A stretch of DNA of 64,000 bases from Octopus vulgaris (lineage: Eukaryota): positions 9,052,001 through 9,116,000 of the forward strand of contig OX597832.1 in the NCBI GenBank assembly GCA_951406725.2, written 5' to 3'. Positions 14,640 through 27,210 of this stretch are shown here, in pieces. The notes beneath the pieces were generated by a model. That model worked only from the letters and a program-made list of their open reading frames with translations, was not told where the DNA came from and did not search any database. How positions within the stretch are numbered: the stretch's first letter is position 1; every line of letters begins with the position of its first letter. A program made the translations under genes and the position numbers.

Positions 14640-14995
14640 ATAATTAGCTCCAAACTAAGATGGCAGACCAGGGCAATAGGACTCCAATGGGCCATCGCAT
14701 CTAGCTAGCTATGTAACTCATAAACCTGTGTTCATTATAACCTTCGAACAGAGGAGGTCAGAGGCTTCCCCTTGCCGGTTAAACAACCACAGAATAGTTT
14801 CGGGGTGATTGCCCCTTATCAATGTGGAATAGCCAAACATGGCAGATGTCGCTGCTTTCTGTCTCTTCCAAGGTTTTAATGGACACAGATGTGTGTGCCA
14901 CGTAGCTAGTAGTGGCGATGTCCTCTTGGAGCTAATCAACAGCAGAATTCGTCCTGTTTTCCGGGGCTGCCATGTTAGCTTGTCGATAGCTATCA
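14640..14995. repeat. Pair of inverted, diverged copies of an unclassified repeat
   Basis: 14691-14755 (gccatcgcatctagctagctatgtaactcataaacctgtgttcattataacctt) matches the reverse complement of ~14860-14925. Confidence 0.55.
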
Positions 14996-15051
14996 ATACA
15001 CACACACACACACACACGCACACACATACACACACACACACACACACACGC

Positions 15052-15085
<34 letters not shown>

Positions 15086-15422
15086 ATATAATATATATAT
15101 ATATTCAAATAACTCGTATTTCACACATGATCTAGCAATCTAGTTCCATATATGTATGTATACGTATGTATATGTATATATACAAGAGAAATAACCTCCA
15201 TTAAGTAATTGAATAGTGAAAGACAGTATCCACATCATATAGAAAAAATAATTAAATATACTATAATAAATATTATTCAAAATATCACTAAATTAAGTAA
15301 ATATTAAATTAATTATATACATACATTATATATTGTGAAATTTGATTTAGAATACCTAAATTAAAGGTTTCCCTGTAAGTTTGGTTTTATATTCCCTACT
15401 ATTATTATTAATAATATTATAT

Positions 15423-15456
<34 letters not shown>

Positions 15457-15504
15457 CCATATATATATAATGCAAATACATGTATCCATGTATACATGTA
15501 TACA

Positions 15505-15573
<69 letters not shown>

Positions 15574-15611
15574 ATGTATATGTCTATATGCATATATATG
15601 TGTACATGCAT

Positions 15612-15664
<53 letters not shown>

Positions 15665-16292
15665 AATGTATATGTGTTTGTGCATTTGTGTATATGCGAA
15701 TGTATTAACACTTGTGTGTGTGTATGAAGCATTGCACGGACGTGTGTATCTTGCTTTATGTACAAATCTATGCACATATTTTTCTATACTATGTACGTAT
15801 ATTTATGTATATATATATACACGCGTGTACCTGCGTGTACGAGTTCCTATACATATACATGTAAAATATATATATTTAACGGCGGCGCATCAGCATAGCT
15901 GCAACTCTGAGCTGAAACTAGAGAGGAATAAAGAATATAATCGTCCCTAAGTGTGCGTATGCACGTGTATTTCTTTGCATGTATACACCCATATACTTGG
16001 ATGATCGTCTGTGAACGGGAATGTATATGTGCGTATATGAACATCTTTGTGTATGTATATATGCGTCTAAGTATAAACACGAATAAGAATTTCCGTCTCA
16101 GCATTAGGTTCCTTTCAACTTCTACTTCCTTCTCTTTCTCCTTACAATTACAGCAGCCAAAGCTGATTACGTCATTTTTTACTAAACTGGAAAGTATAAT
16201 TTCCACATTCATATTTCAAATTTTTGCTTTCTTTCTCCGAATTTTACTCATTCTCGAATTCTCGAAGCCGATTCAAGATATCTCTAGTGAGA

Positions 16293-16343
16293 CTTGTTAT
16301 ACCTGAAGAGTCCCAGGACGGGGCGAAACGTGTTGTACCCAAG
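16293..16343 (+). ncRNA. Minimal type I hammerhead ribozyme (Penelope-type)
   Basis: tac-CTGAAGA-gtccc(aggac)ggggc-GAAAC-gt-GTT-gta. Stem I extends through cttg/caag, and stem III is near-palindromic (ACGTGT). Confidence 0.7.
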
Positions 16344-17574
16344 AAAGTCTATCACACATTCCGTCTCCTATTTTATTAATACTATATATATGTATTACGT
16401 ACGTATATATATATATGTATATATACCATTCTTTTAAAATGTTAGGGAATAATATGTATTCCAGGTTATCAGAACATTTACTATTTTACACTTTACTAAT
16501 GCAATGTAAACAGTATCATTTATAATATTATGGCAAATTTGAGATTTTACCAATAGAATCGCAACTAATATATCAGGATAAATATATTGTATGGAATACA
16601 CAAAGAAATTTATATCCAATAAAATAATATAAGCGTTTAAAAAACCTAGTATGAAGTACAATAAGACTATTTGAAAAATATATAAAAAAATATATATAAC
16701 CTAACAATTATTAGTCAACATTAATATTTTGATCATATCTATTTTTCATATTAACGGATCCAAGTTAATAATACATATTTGAAGTCATATTAAATAGAAA
16801 AATAAGAATATGATTGAAAATATAACAAAAATAAATAAATTACAAATATACTTTTAAAAATTACAAAAATTAAATATTTGAATTGCAATACCGATATATA
16901 TAAGTTATAAATTACCATTTTTTAAAAGTCAAATGTAAGTTAATAATATTTAAAGAGATTATTTAGTAAATACCTCTATATACGTTATAAATATATTGAA
17001 TAAAACTAGTTAAAAATCTAGTAAAAATATTAACAAAAGAAGAAGGCATACTTATCGACATAATGTTTGCTGCTTCTTCTTCCTGTGCTAATGACTGCTT
17101 CCTCTGCCATGCTCTAAATATCTGCAATAATATCATTCTTTTATATAATCATAATATGTATAATGATACATCGTTCTTTTATATTTATAAATAATTTCAC
17201 ATTGGGCGTTTCTTTCAATGGTGTCCGGACACTCTAACAAATTCGCAGGCATGTTACCAGTGAATTCTAGCAGCTGTCCCTGACAGATTTGACAGAAATG
17301 AATCAGGCGCATTTCACGCTAAATTTGAGATCCTGATATCAAATTAACTGACATCCCTCCTCCTTTCTTGCCAGATATAAAACGGTATTCTTGCTTTACT
17401 AAATATTTTTCCTAACATGACTGTATTAATTTAATGATTTATCTGTGGCTTAGAGTATTGTAACGTCTATGCTTAGAGAACCAGCTGCTTATGTAGTACC
17501 AAAGAATATATATGTATACATATATACATTATATTATTTACCTTTAACTCATGTTTGTCCTCATATGGTTTGTT

Positions 17575-17620
17575 GTTAATAACATTTCGGCTGATATACC
17601 CTCCGCCCTTCATCAGGTGT
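17575..17620 (-). ncRNA. Degenerate hammerhead motif next to a Penelope RT remnant
   Basis: Minus strand reads acac-CTGATGA-agggcggagggtatatcagcc-GAAA-tgtt. Stem I is disrupted. Confidence 0.5.
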
Positions 17621-17667
17621 CTTGGGGAAGTTCGAACCTGGGTTCTCATTCCTGAGGAATTTTTCGA

Positions 17668-17668
<1 letters not shown>

Positions 17669-17753
<85 letters not shown>

Positions 17754-17769
17754 CCATTATTATTATTAC

Positions 17770-17847
<78 letters not shown>

Positions 17848-17860
17848 CATCATCATCATG
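17669..17860. repeat. (ATT)n microsatellite
   Basis: Visible trinucleotide run; source of the poly-I/N/L ORFs. Confidence 0.97.
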
Positions 17861-17879
17861 ATTATTATACAGCTCACTA

Positions 17880-18385
17880 CCTGGAACCCAACCCCGAATA
17901 TATGGATGCGATATGTTGATGATACCTTTATACTCTGGCCCCTGCAAGAAGATGTCCAAGTGCTGTTAGATCATGTGAACTCAATAGATCATGTGAAGTC
18001 AATAAACCCATCCCTACATTTCACAATCGGAAAGGAAAAAGACACTCGGCTAGCGTTCCTGGACGTACCAAGTATAGATTCAGGACATCCGTATACAGCA
18101 AGCCGACTTTTATTGGATGATACCTCAACTTCAGTTCACACCATCTATACAGTGTAAAAAGAGGGATAGTTCGAGGATATCAGTAGCGATCGTAATACCC
18201 ACCGCGAAGAACTGATCAACCCCAGTAACAATCTTTTAAGCAGCATCTTCCACTCCAATTATGAAAAAAAAAAGAGGTTGAAACCAATAAACTGTCCACA
18301 TTCTGTTTACCGTATGTAAATAACCACTCCGAAAACATTCAAAAGATATGCAGCCCATATGACATCAGGACTGTATTCAAAATCA
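17880..18385 (+). mobile_element. Penelope-like (Poseidon-type) reverse transcriptase remnant
   Basis: WMRYVDDTFILWP, FTIGKEKDTRLAFLDV, YSKPTFIG*YLNFSSHHLYSVKRGIV and KIQKICSPYDIRTVFK. Confidence 0.85.
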
Positions 18386-19636
18386 TTTTCTTTATACATG
18401 CAGAAATGCGTGTGTGCGTGCGCGCGACACTCACACATTCACACATACATGTGCAGAAGCATTTGTGTGAGAGTTTGAGTGGATTTATTAACGAGCGATG
18501 AATAGAAAAAGGCCAGGGATAGACTGATGGAGATTCAAGAAAGAGAGAGAGAGATTGTACAAGTGTCATACCAGATAGAGTATAGTTCAGTATAATTTAA
18601 ACTTTTAGTGTTTATTTCACCCGTAATATAACATTGAGCTAAATACCTCATATGTCATAATAATTCTGTGACAGACACTGTATTATTTATCGGTTTTATA
18701 GCAACATCCAGACGAAATGAGAGACACTGCCATTTTGGGCGACACTTTGTAATACAATGATATAATTTCTATCATTGTTTACGCAACAAATGATAAATAA
18801 AACTACACATTTCATATATATAATCTCACATAACCATCAACTTCGGCTTTTCATTGAAGACATTTTAAATATTTTACCGACCAGAATCTGGTGTAATTTT
18901 TGAACAATCTTGCTTAAACTCAGAATTTCTTATATCTATATGGTTCTGGTCTAAACATTGATCCTCTAGGTTCTAAATAATTCAGTGCCTGCTTTTCGTT
19001 AGGAATGAATGAGCATGAGCGGGGCAAAAAGTTACATAATTTAAAATTGTTTTCACTTGAAAGACGAACATTCTAATATTCAAGCAATATTCATACTCAT
19101 AGTATAATGCTTAGTAACAGCACCAAATAGACATGCTGGAAATAGTGAGCACCATTGACGATGAATACTTTTCTATATTGTTGGATCTAACAATTACAGA
19201 TAGCATTGTACACGAAGATCACTATATTTAATTTAGTATTATTATGTCTTTTAATAACACCATTCAAATAAGACAATTAATAATTTAATTCAATATGAAA
19301 TTACTGCACCTGTACCTCTTGCAACTAATCCAAATGGATTGTATTCATTTCACACAAATATTAATTAACATTGTCCGACAAGGGATTCGCATCTGATAAG
19401 AGGGAACGAACGAAAGAGATATTGTACATGTTTCAAGCGCTAGAAATAAGATCTGAATATACATATATGCTTCCTTACATACATTAAATACACACATATA
19501 TAAATACATATTTACCTATTTGCCGAACACCTAAGTTACAGCGAAGTAAACAAACCAAAAGCGTTTGTCAAAAATTGGCAGGGCACAACCACATACACAC
19601 ATACACAGACACAGACACAGACACACACACACACAG

Positions 19637-19689
<53 letters not shown>

Positions 19690-19692
<3 letters not shown>

Positions 19693-19885
19693 CATCGTTA
19701 TCATCATCATCGGCGTCATCATCATCACCACCATCATCACCACCATCTTCTCCTTCTCCTCCTCCTTCTTCTTCTTCTTCTTCTTCTTCTTCATCATCAT
19801 CGTTATCATCATCATCGTCGTCATAATCATCACCACCATCACCATCATCTTCTCCTTCTCCTTCTTCTTCTTCTTCTTCTTCTCC
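19690..19885. repeat. Compound (CAT)/(CTT) low-complexity repeat, duplicated
   Basis: Two ~100-bp similar blocks of ATC/CAC/TTC triplets. Confidence 0.9.
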
Positions 19886-20234
19886 ACCCCTACCCCTTAA
19901 GTTTGTCACTAATGTTTTTTAGTATAACACCTACGCTAATTCTATAAACAAGCCTGTCAATATAAATATTCTCCTGAATTGAACTGAGACTGCCAGCCGC
20001 CACTGACCATTCAAAATACGACCATCAGGGCACTCCCAGATTCTCCCACCCCCTTTCCTCACCAGCCTTCCCTCTACTACCCTACCAAGAACTCACAACT
20101 ACCTCGAACACACAAGTGCAAACAAGGGAGTCAGAGAAAGGCAGAATGCCACTTAAATCTGAACACTACTATAGAAATATTCTTTTAAAAAAACTTTTCT
20201 TCTAATTTTTCTAAATTTAATTATTTAATCGTTA

Positions 20235-20272
20235 CAGTTGAAAAGGTCTCAAAATGACCGAAACCGGTACTG
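20235..20272 (+). ncRNA. Hammerhead-shaped motif with mutated core
   Basis: cag-TTGAAAA-ggtc(tcaaaat)gacc-GAAAC-cg-GTA-ctg. All three stems pair and stem III is the palindrome ACCGGT. Confidence 0.6.
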
Positions 20273-20349
20273 AAATGTTCACTATAAAATTATTTTAGCA
20301 TTTTCTATTTTTTACTTGTTTTTTCATATATATATATATATATACATAT

Positions 20350-20510
20350 ACGAAGGGCTTCTTTCATTTCCCTCTACCAAATCTACACATGCTTTGGTCG
20401 GCTCGAGGCTATAGTAGAAGACACTTGCCGAAGGTGCCACGCAGTGAGACTGAACCCGGAACCATGTGGTTGGTAAGCAAGTTACGTACCACATAGCCAA
20501 TCCTGCGCTT
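20350..20510 (-). mobile_element. CORE-type SINE (family C)
   Basis: Close match to 10405-10570. Confidence 0.8.
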
Positions 20511-20939
20511 TTGTGTAGCAATTGTTTACAACTGACTTATATTGGAATTATAATTTAAAGAACCATACTTTCAAGAACAATTGTGGTTTATTGATACGAA
20601 AAGTTGGGGGATTTTTCGTATCTTATGGAAGAACGATGAGCTGAAATAAAGTTCTTTTCATATTCCTCAGTAGGCAAGGAGGGTTGGCGAGTGTGGGAAA
20701 AATAATTATATATATATGTGTGTGTGTGTGAGTGTGTGTGTGTATGTGTGTGCGTGTGTGGGTGTGTGTGTGTGTGAGTAAATGGTGGGGGTTCTGTTAA
20801 CCGCATATATATCTATATATATATATATTTATAAACTACGTGTAGTGAAATGAAAAATAAGAATGACGTCCCATTAACAGATGTATTTTTATGTATCAAA
20901 ATTACATAAAAATATGTTGAAATACTAAAGAGTAAATTT

Positions 20940-21670
20940 ATTCAATAAAATTGCCATTGGCTTCAACCAAGGCCTCCAGAAGACTTCGGATTCTCCTGCA
21001 ACTCTTCTGGAGCGTCTCCTTGTTTAAGTTGGGGAATGCTGCCGTAATTCTTACCTTCAGTTCATCTTTGGTGTGACAAGGATTTTTGATGGTTCTCGCT
21101 CAACTGCACGCTACATATAATCAAAGATGTTGCAATTTGGTGAGTTAGGTGGCTAGATGCAAATAGTGATCTGGTCGCAGAAATTAAGTGACAGCAGTGA
21201 TTGGGTTTCCTTTCTTGTGTGGTATGATGCAGAGTCCTATTATATAGAGTCTTCCAGAACCCACCGTCTTGACCCGGATCGGAAGTACCTCCTACAGGCA
21301 CTTGATGTAGGCCTCTCTGTTGAGTCTGGGGTCATGTAGGAAGATGTATCGCGGCATGACGTCTCCATGACTAGTGATAACACCAAAAGCCATGCCGTTG
21401 ACGGTATACTTTCTTTCCGTCGACTTGGTGCATGACATCCTCTGATTGAGATCTAAACATTCTGAAATATTCGTACTGGAGCTTCCGGCACGAATGACAG
21501 GCCGTGCAGAATGTCGTTTCCAAATTACTGGGTGAATGAATTGCGTCGTGGTGCTGTTTTTCTCACAGACCCTACTATATTGTGATATCGACAAAATCGG
21601 AAAGAAACAATGTACATGCGCGAAAGTAAAATTATGAAATGGTAACAACTTTTTCCCATCGCACTCTGTA
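20940..21670 (-). mobile_element. Second maT/DD37D-like transposon remnant
   Basis: [18 protein letters not shown]...AYIKCL; homologous to 2195-3119. Confidence 0.8.
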
Positions 21671-21683
21671 TGTATATATATAT

Positions 21684-21756
<73 letters not shown>

Positions 21757-21846
21757 CATATATTTATATATATGTATATATAAACATATATATATCATAT
21801 AAATATATATATATATACATACATATATATATACACATATATATAC

Positions 21847-21884
<38 letters not shown>

Positions 21885-21963
21885 ATACATATATATAATT
21901 ACATATACATATATACATATATTTACCTATACGCACATACATATATATATATATATATATATC

Positions 21964-22002
<39 letters not shown>

Positions 22003-24979
22003 TGATAGATAGATAGTTTCCACCGAATCGACCCCTTAACCAATGTGAGATTTCTCTGATATTTGCTCTACTAACCATATAAATTCCAGTCTTTACATTC
22101 GAAGGTGGATTCTTTAATGCATAACCTGCGAACAAAACTATGTAATGGCTGCCATTGAATTTTTAGGTTGAACATTGCTTTCCTGTTTTTGAGTCGCATC
22201 TGGACTCATCAGAAATGCTTAAATACGAACCAAATTTTGGAAATAACTGTTTGCCTTATTTGCAGAAATGTATAATGACATGTTTCAGTCGCGTATCTGT
22301 AGTTTATATGGCTTGAAATGGAAGTTGGGTAATATATATGAAAGAGTTACTGTAGCTGCTGGTGCGTTCATATAATAGAAGTATACTTTGTACAGTAAAA
22401 TGAAGAGAGGTTGCAGCGTTCAAGTAACTATAGCCTGAAGGGTGATGCACTGTGCCCTGTTGTAGGCTTCCCTAAATCTACTTTAGCTTTAATACAAAGA
22501 CATCTTTAATAATAAGATTTATTGCCCAACAGGTTACAGCTTTAAACATATTAAGTAAAGCACGTGCTTGAATTACTGATCGCAGCTAGAGTCAAAATAT
22601 GATATAAATTCAAACGAAAATTTCTTCCATACTATGATTTCGGCTATGGCTTATAGAAGTAGGATGTTGATGCCATTCTCTAATCAATGTTTGTTATATA
22701 TTTATTAAAAAAAATATGATTTGCATTCGATTCTACATTGTTGAATCGATAAAGAGGTACGCGTTGCATTGTGTTTTTTTTCTTCTTTAAATTTAACTAA
22801 ATTTCATTTTATCAATTTCAAATAGCTTTTAGCCGCTTCCTCTCTATTTTCTCAATATCTGCACCTAACACTTCTCGCCTATCTCCCAACCAAAATTTCA
22901 CACAGCCAAATAGAATGCAATTTATTGCTTTGTATTCCGTTTCTTTTTTTCCCATCAATATTTCAGCATCGACCGAATTAGTTGTTCTATTCTCAGATAA
23001 TTAAATATGCTGATTAATTTTTAATTTGCTTTTCTTCATTTAGAATTCCATAAAACCACGTTTGAGGGTAGAAGAAGAAGGCAATGTGGAAAAATGGTCA
23101 TTGATTGTCGTTTTGTTTTCTTTATTCATATTTCCGTTTTCTTTCTTTCTTTCTTTCATAGTTAAATAAACCCAATGAAATTAGTTGAATTATTTGAAAC
23201 ACAGCCTAAGGTATTAATCAAGGTAAATTCGCAACACAATTAATATTGAAGAATAAAACAAAGTCGATCGTTTATAACTTAATCAATTGATATGATTTTT
23301 AAATTTATTTTTTAACAGTTTTTGATATTAGCTGTGTTACGAATTTCTTTTCCTGAGGTAAACCTTTGGTATTTTTGTTATTCAGTTAAACGAATTTCTT
23401 CGAATCTATTTACAAAAAGAAAAGCTGTGTTGTGCGTCATTTATTATTTCAATATCACCTACATCTATAATATTTGTATTTGATGTTTTAAAGTGCTCGT
23501 CAACGATTGGCTGAGAAGGTTAACACCTGTGAGATGCAATGATTTCATATTCTGAAACTAAAATCGAATGTTTAACTTACACGACCCAACTAAAAATAAG
23601 TTTGAACGAAGCGAATTTATTTGAAATTTGAAGAATTAATTTATAAAATATAACATTGCCTCAGTCTTTTGTAGAATTATAGTGCTTCGTGCCTCTACTT
23701 AAAAATACTTCATGGTGATATCACTGTTATATCTTTGCAAATACAAAATCCCAATATATAACATACCTCTTTGTAGCCAAGAAAAAATTCTTCTCCATTC
23801 ATATTAACTGCATATGACACAAGACCCAAACTGTGACCTCTCTCTATCTATACTATCACACTTACCTCTAAACTGGACAAAATTTTTATTCCAGTAATTA
23901 TCACATACTCGTTATACCTTATTTTACGTGTACTCTGTCCCAATCATGCACAGAATATTTCACTTCATTAATTATGTCTAGAATAGAAACACTCTAGTAT
24001 TCCCATAGGATCACCGAATTAGAAACTATGAAATCAAACATTAAGCTCAGCAATCTGGCAAGACGTTTATCAGTAGGCCTCGAATTATTCTCAAAATTTT
24101 CTGAAACAACCAAAGCAACACCCGATTCTTGCATTTCTATATGAGAGCTTGGATACTTTAATGAATTTATATATATATACGAGTTTATATAAATTCAATC
24201 GGACGAAAACACTTCAACATATAACGAATACGAAGTTAGCATAAGCGAATGCGTGGCTGTTTGCTTACAATCGCATGCAAGCCGGCCAAAGCCTTGGGAG
24301 AGGATTTGGCAGACGGAAACTGAAACATGTTCATCGTATATACAGACATACATGCATACATGCATACATTCATGCATGCATGCACTGGCACATACGTATA
24401 CACGCATACATACATGCATACATATACATGTGCGGGTGTATGTATATATGTACGCATGTATGTGTGTATGTACGTCATTGTTCACTTTTATTTCATGACT
24501 TCTTGTCAATAGAGAAAAAACCGGTTTCCAAGGTTACTTCATTGGAGTTTCCACATGAACAACAACGTATTTTGTATGTATGTATGTATCTATGTATGTA
24601 TGGATATATGTATGTATGTATGTAAATGCACAGATTACAGAAAAACAACTCATTTTTCTCACTTTTTCCCACATACAACTTGTAAAGGTTGATGTGACCT
24701 TGGATGCAGAGGAAATTGGCTCACTTCCAGGTATTCATTCGCGTCCGCCACTCAACATTTTTCACAATAGCCACCTGTCAGAGGAAAACTACATATCCTT
24801 CTCAGCCAAAGTAGCGCAGATCCATCCAATGTACATTACGAACAAGCGAAGTTCCAAATTACTCCACAAATCAACAATGCTCCCGCACTTTCCGGGTTTC
24901 ATTGCATTGCATGTATACTACATAAGGAATTACATACGCTACACAAGGGATTTCTTTATGTTATTAATCAACAATATAC

Positions 24980-26179
24980 TTTCCCTGATTATCTATGACT
25001 TCCTTCCATCTATTTATTTAAAAGCTTTTAAATCCCATCTACGTAAAACTCTTTTGCTTTCAAAACGAAGAACTCTGAAATATCAGTTTCAACCTCTTCC
25101 TGGCTTGCGAAAGTTATGTCCCCAAATGATTCTCTAGACTACGAAACAAATGGTAGTCTGGAGAAGCAAGGTCGGGGGAATAAGGTGGATGATTAATATT
25201 TTCCCAACAAAGGTATTCGACCTTCTGTGATGTGATCTTTGCTGTGTGGGGGTTGCACATTGTCCTGATGGAACATCACTTCTTTTCGACTCACTAAAGC
25301 AGGTCTTGTTTTCTTCAAAGCTTGGTTCAAACGATCTCATTGCTGACAGTAGGCCTGAGCATTGATTGTTGCATTAGGTGGTAACAATTCAAAGTGAATT
25401 ACTTCTTTGCAAACCTACCAGATAGAGAAAAGAAACTTTTCCGCCATGATGTTCCCTTCTCGGTTGTGGTTGAGCTTTTTCCCTTTTACCAAGCAACTGC
25501 TTACGACGTTTAACATTTTGATAGAAGATCCATTTCTCGCCACCTGTCATAAGTCTATCCAAAAAGGGTGAAATGAGTTCGCAAGAATGGAGAGAAGAGC
25601 AGCTGTTAACTCGTGATTTGCGGTTGCTTTCGGACAATTCATGAGGCTCGCACATTCTAAGTTTAGGAACCTTCCGAATTGTTCAAGATAACAATGAACA
25701 ATTGTATGGTTTGAACTAAGATTTATTGCCAATCATCAACTGATAATACAGTATTTTCTTCAAGTAATGCCTGAAGGATATTATCATCAATCTCAACTGG
25801 ACGTCCTGTTCGATCTTCATCTTCAAGACTGAAATCACCACTTCTGAATTTTGCAAAACATCTTCTGCAAGTTCTTTCATTCAAGCATTCTTTCCCATAT
25901 ACTGAGTGTTTGTTTCGAGTCGCTTCGGCTACAGAGTTTCCTTTTTAGTATTTTAAAGCATTACGTGCCTCAAATGCTCTTTGGATACGTCTATGTTAGA
26001 GAGGGTTTTGATCAAAGTTATTTTAATTATATTATCCGGTAAATAATATTTAATTACTTTAAATATACACAAATGCATAAAAATAATTTTAAATTCCATT
26101 AGACATCCAAAAATACTGTTTAATTTCATTCAATTATAAAAAGAGTAAAATCGAACAGAACTTATGGGATGACCTGATA
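24980..26179 (-). mobile_element. Near full-length decayed mariner (DD34D) transposon
   Basis: FAKFRSGDFSLEDEDRTGRP, EPHELSE (WVPHEL motif), DRLMTGGEKWIFYQN and HPPYSPDLASPDYHLFRSL. A TIR-like end, tatcaggtcatcccataagttc, is at 26179 on the minus strand. Confidence 0.9.
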
Positions 26180-27023
26180 AATGCAAGTTTGAAAAAAATA
26201 ACACTTGTAAGAAATGAGACAGCTTACAATCAAACTAATTATAAACTATAATTATAAATGAGAAACAATGAACATTAACACTTTGAGCTGACAGCGCAAT
26301 AGATGAGAGAAATATGTGGTCAGGCATTAAATAATGGTCCCGACAACAGAATACATTTAATATAAACGAAAATTAGAAAACCCAAAACGGAATTTGCTTC
26401 GAAGGGAAAATATTAGGCATGGAATTTATGATATAATTTTGTAAATAGTGGAAATATAAACAAAAAGTTGCGCTTATGTTATTACACTAAAATTTGAAAA
26501 TCCAAGACAAACTAGTTGTTAAAAATACATGCACCACAAACTCGCACCACACATACATATTCCTAGCCACATGTACACACTAAACTCCTTCATGCGCACA
26601 TACACATAAAATACTAGCAGGTGGCAGTATCGCGAGGAGAATAAATGAATATGGAAGGCGAACATGGTAACGCCATCAAAATAGCATATTTCTTGCATAT
26701 AACGCATTTTTCAAGAAAATAACAATGGAATATGAATAGACAATTTATTAAGTAAAGAACAATGGAAATATTTGGAAGGAGCATATGGGAAATAAGAAAT
26801 TTTTTATGAGAGAAGTGAACGAAGCTATCGATCATAAATGAAATCTGAGAAGAGAAAATCTCGCAGCAGAAAATATAACGGAAGATATGAGAGGAAAAGG
26901 GTATTTCAAAACCGGTTTAGACTTGTGGTATTAAATTTTATCGGATAAATCCTATTTACATCAAGATACGGTTCATTTATCCAGTGACACATACCTTTCC
27001 CACTTCTGTACAGTTAGTTACAA

Positions 27024-27040
27024 TGCTGCTGTTGCTGCTG

Positions 27041-27077
<37 letters not shown>

Positions 27078-27210
27078 CACTACTACTACTACTGCTACTA
27101 CTGCTGCTGCTGCTGCTGCTACCGCTGCTGCTGTTGTTACTACTACTACTACTACTACTACTACTATCTATATATCTATCTATCTATCTATCTGTCTATC
27201 AATCAATCTA
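27024..27210. repeat. (CTA/CTG)n plus (TCTA)n microsatellite at the LINE 3' end
   Basis: Visible repeats abutting the RTE 3' terminus. Confidence 0.95.

Noticed and set aside
16400-17040. Extremely AT-rich block as a possible NUMT
   Set aside because: I could not recognise any mitochondrial protein, rRNA or tRNA motif.
17473-17959. Poly-I/N/L ORFs (also poly-Y at 31946 and poly-L at 26984)
   Set aside because: Trinucleotide microsatellite artefacts.
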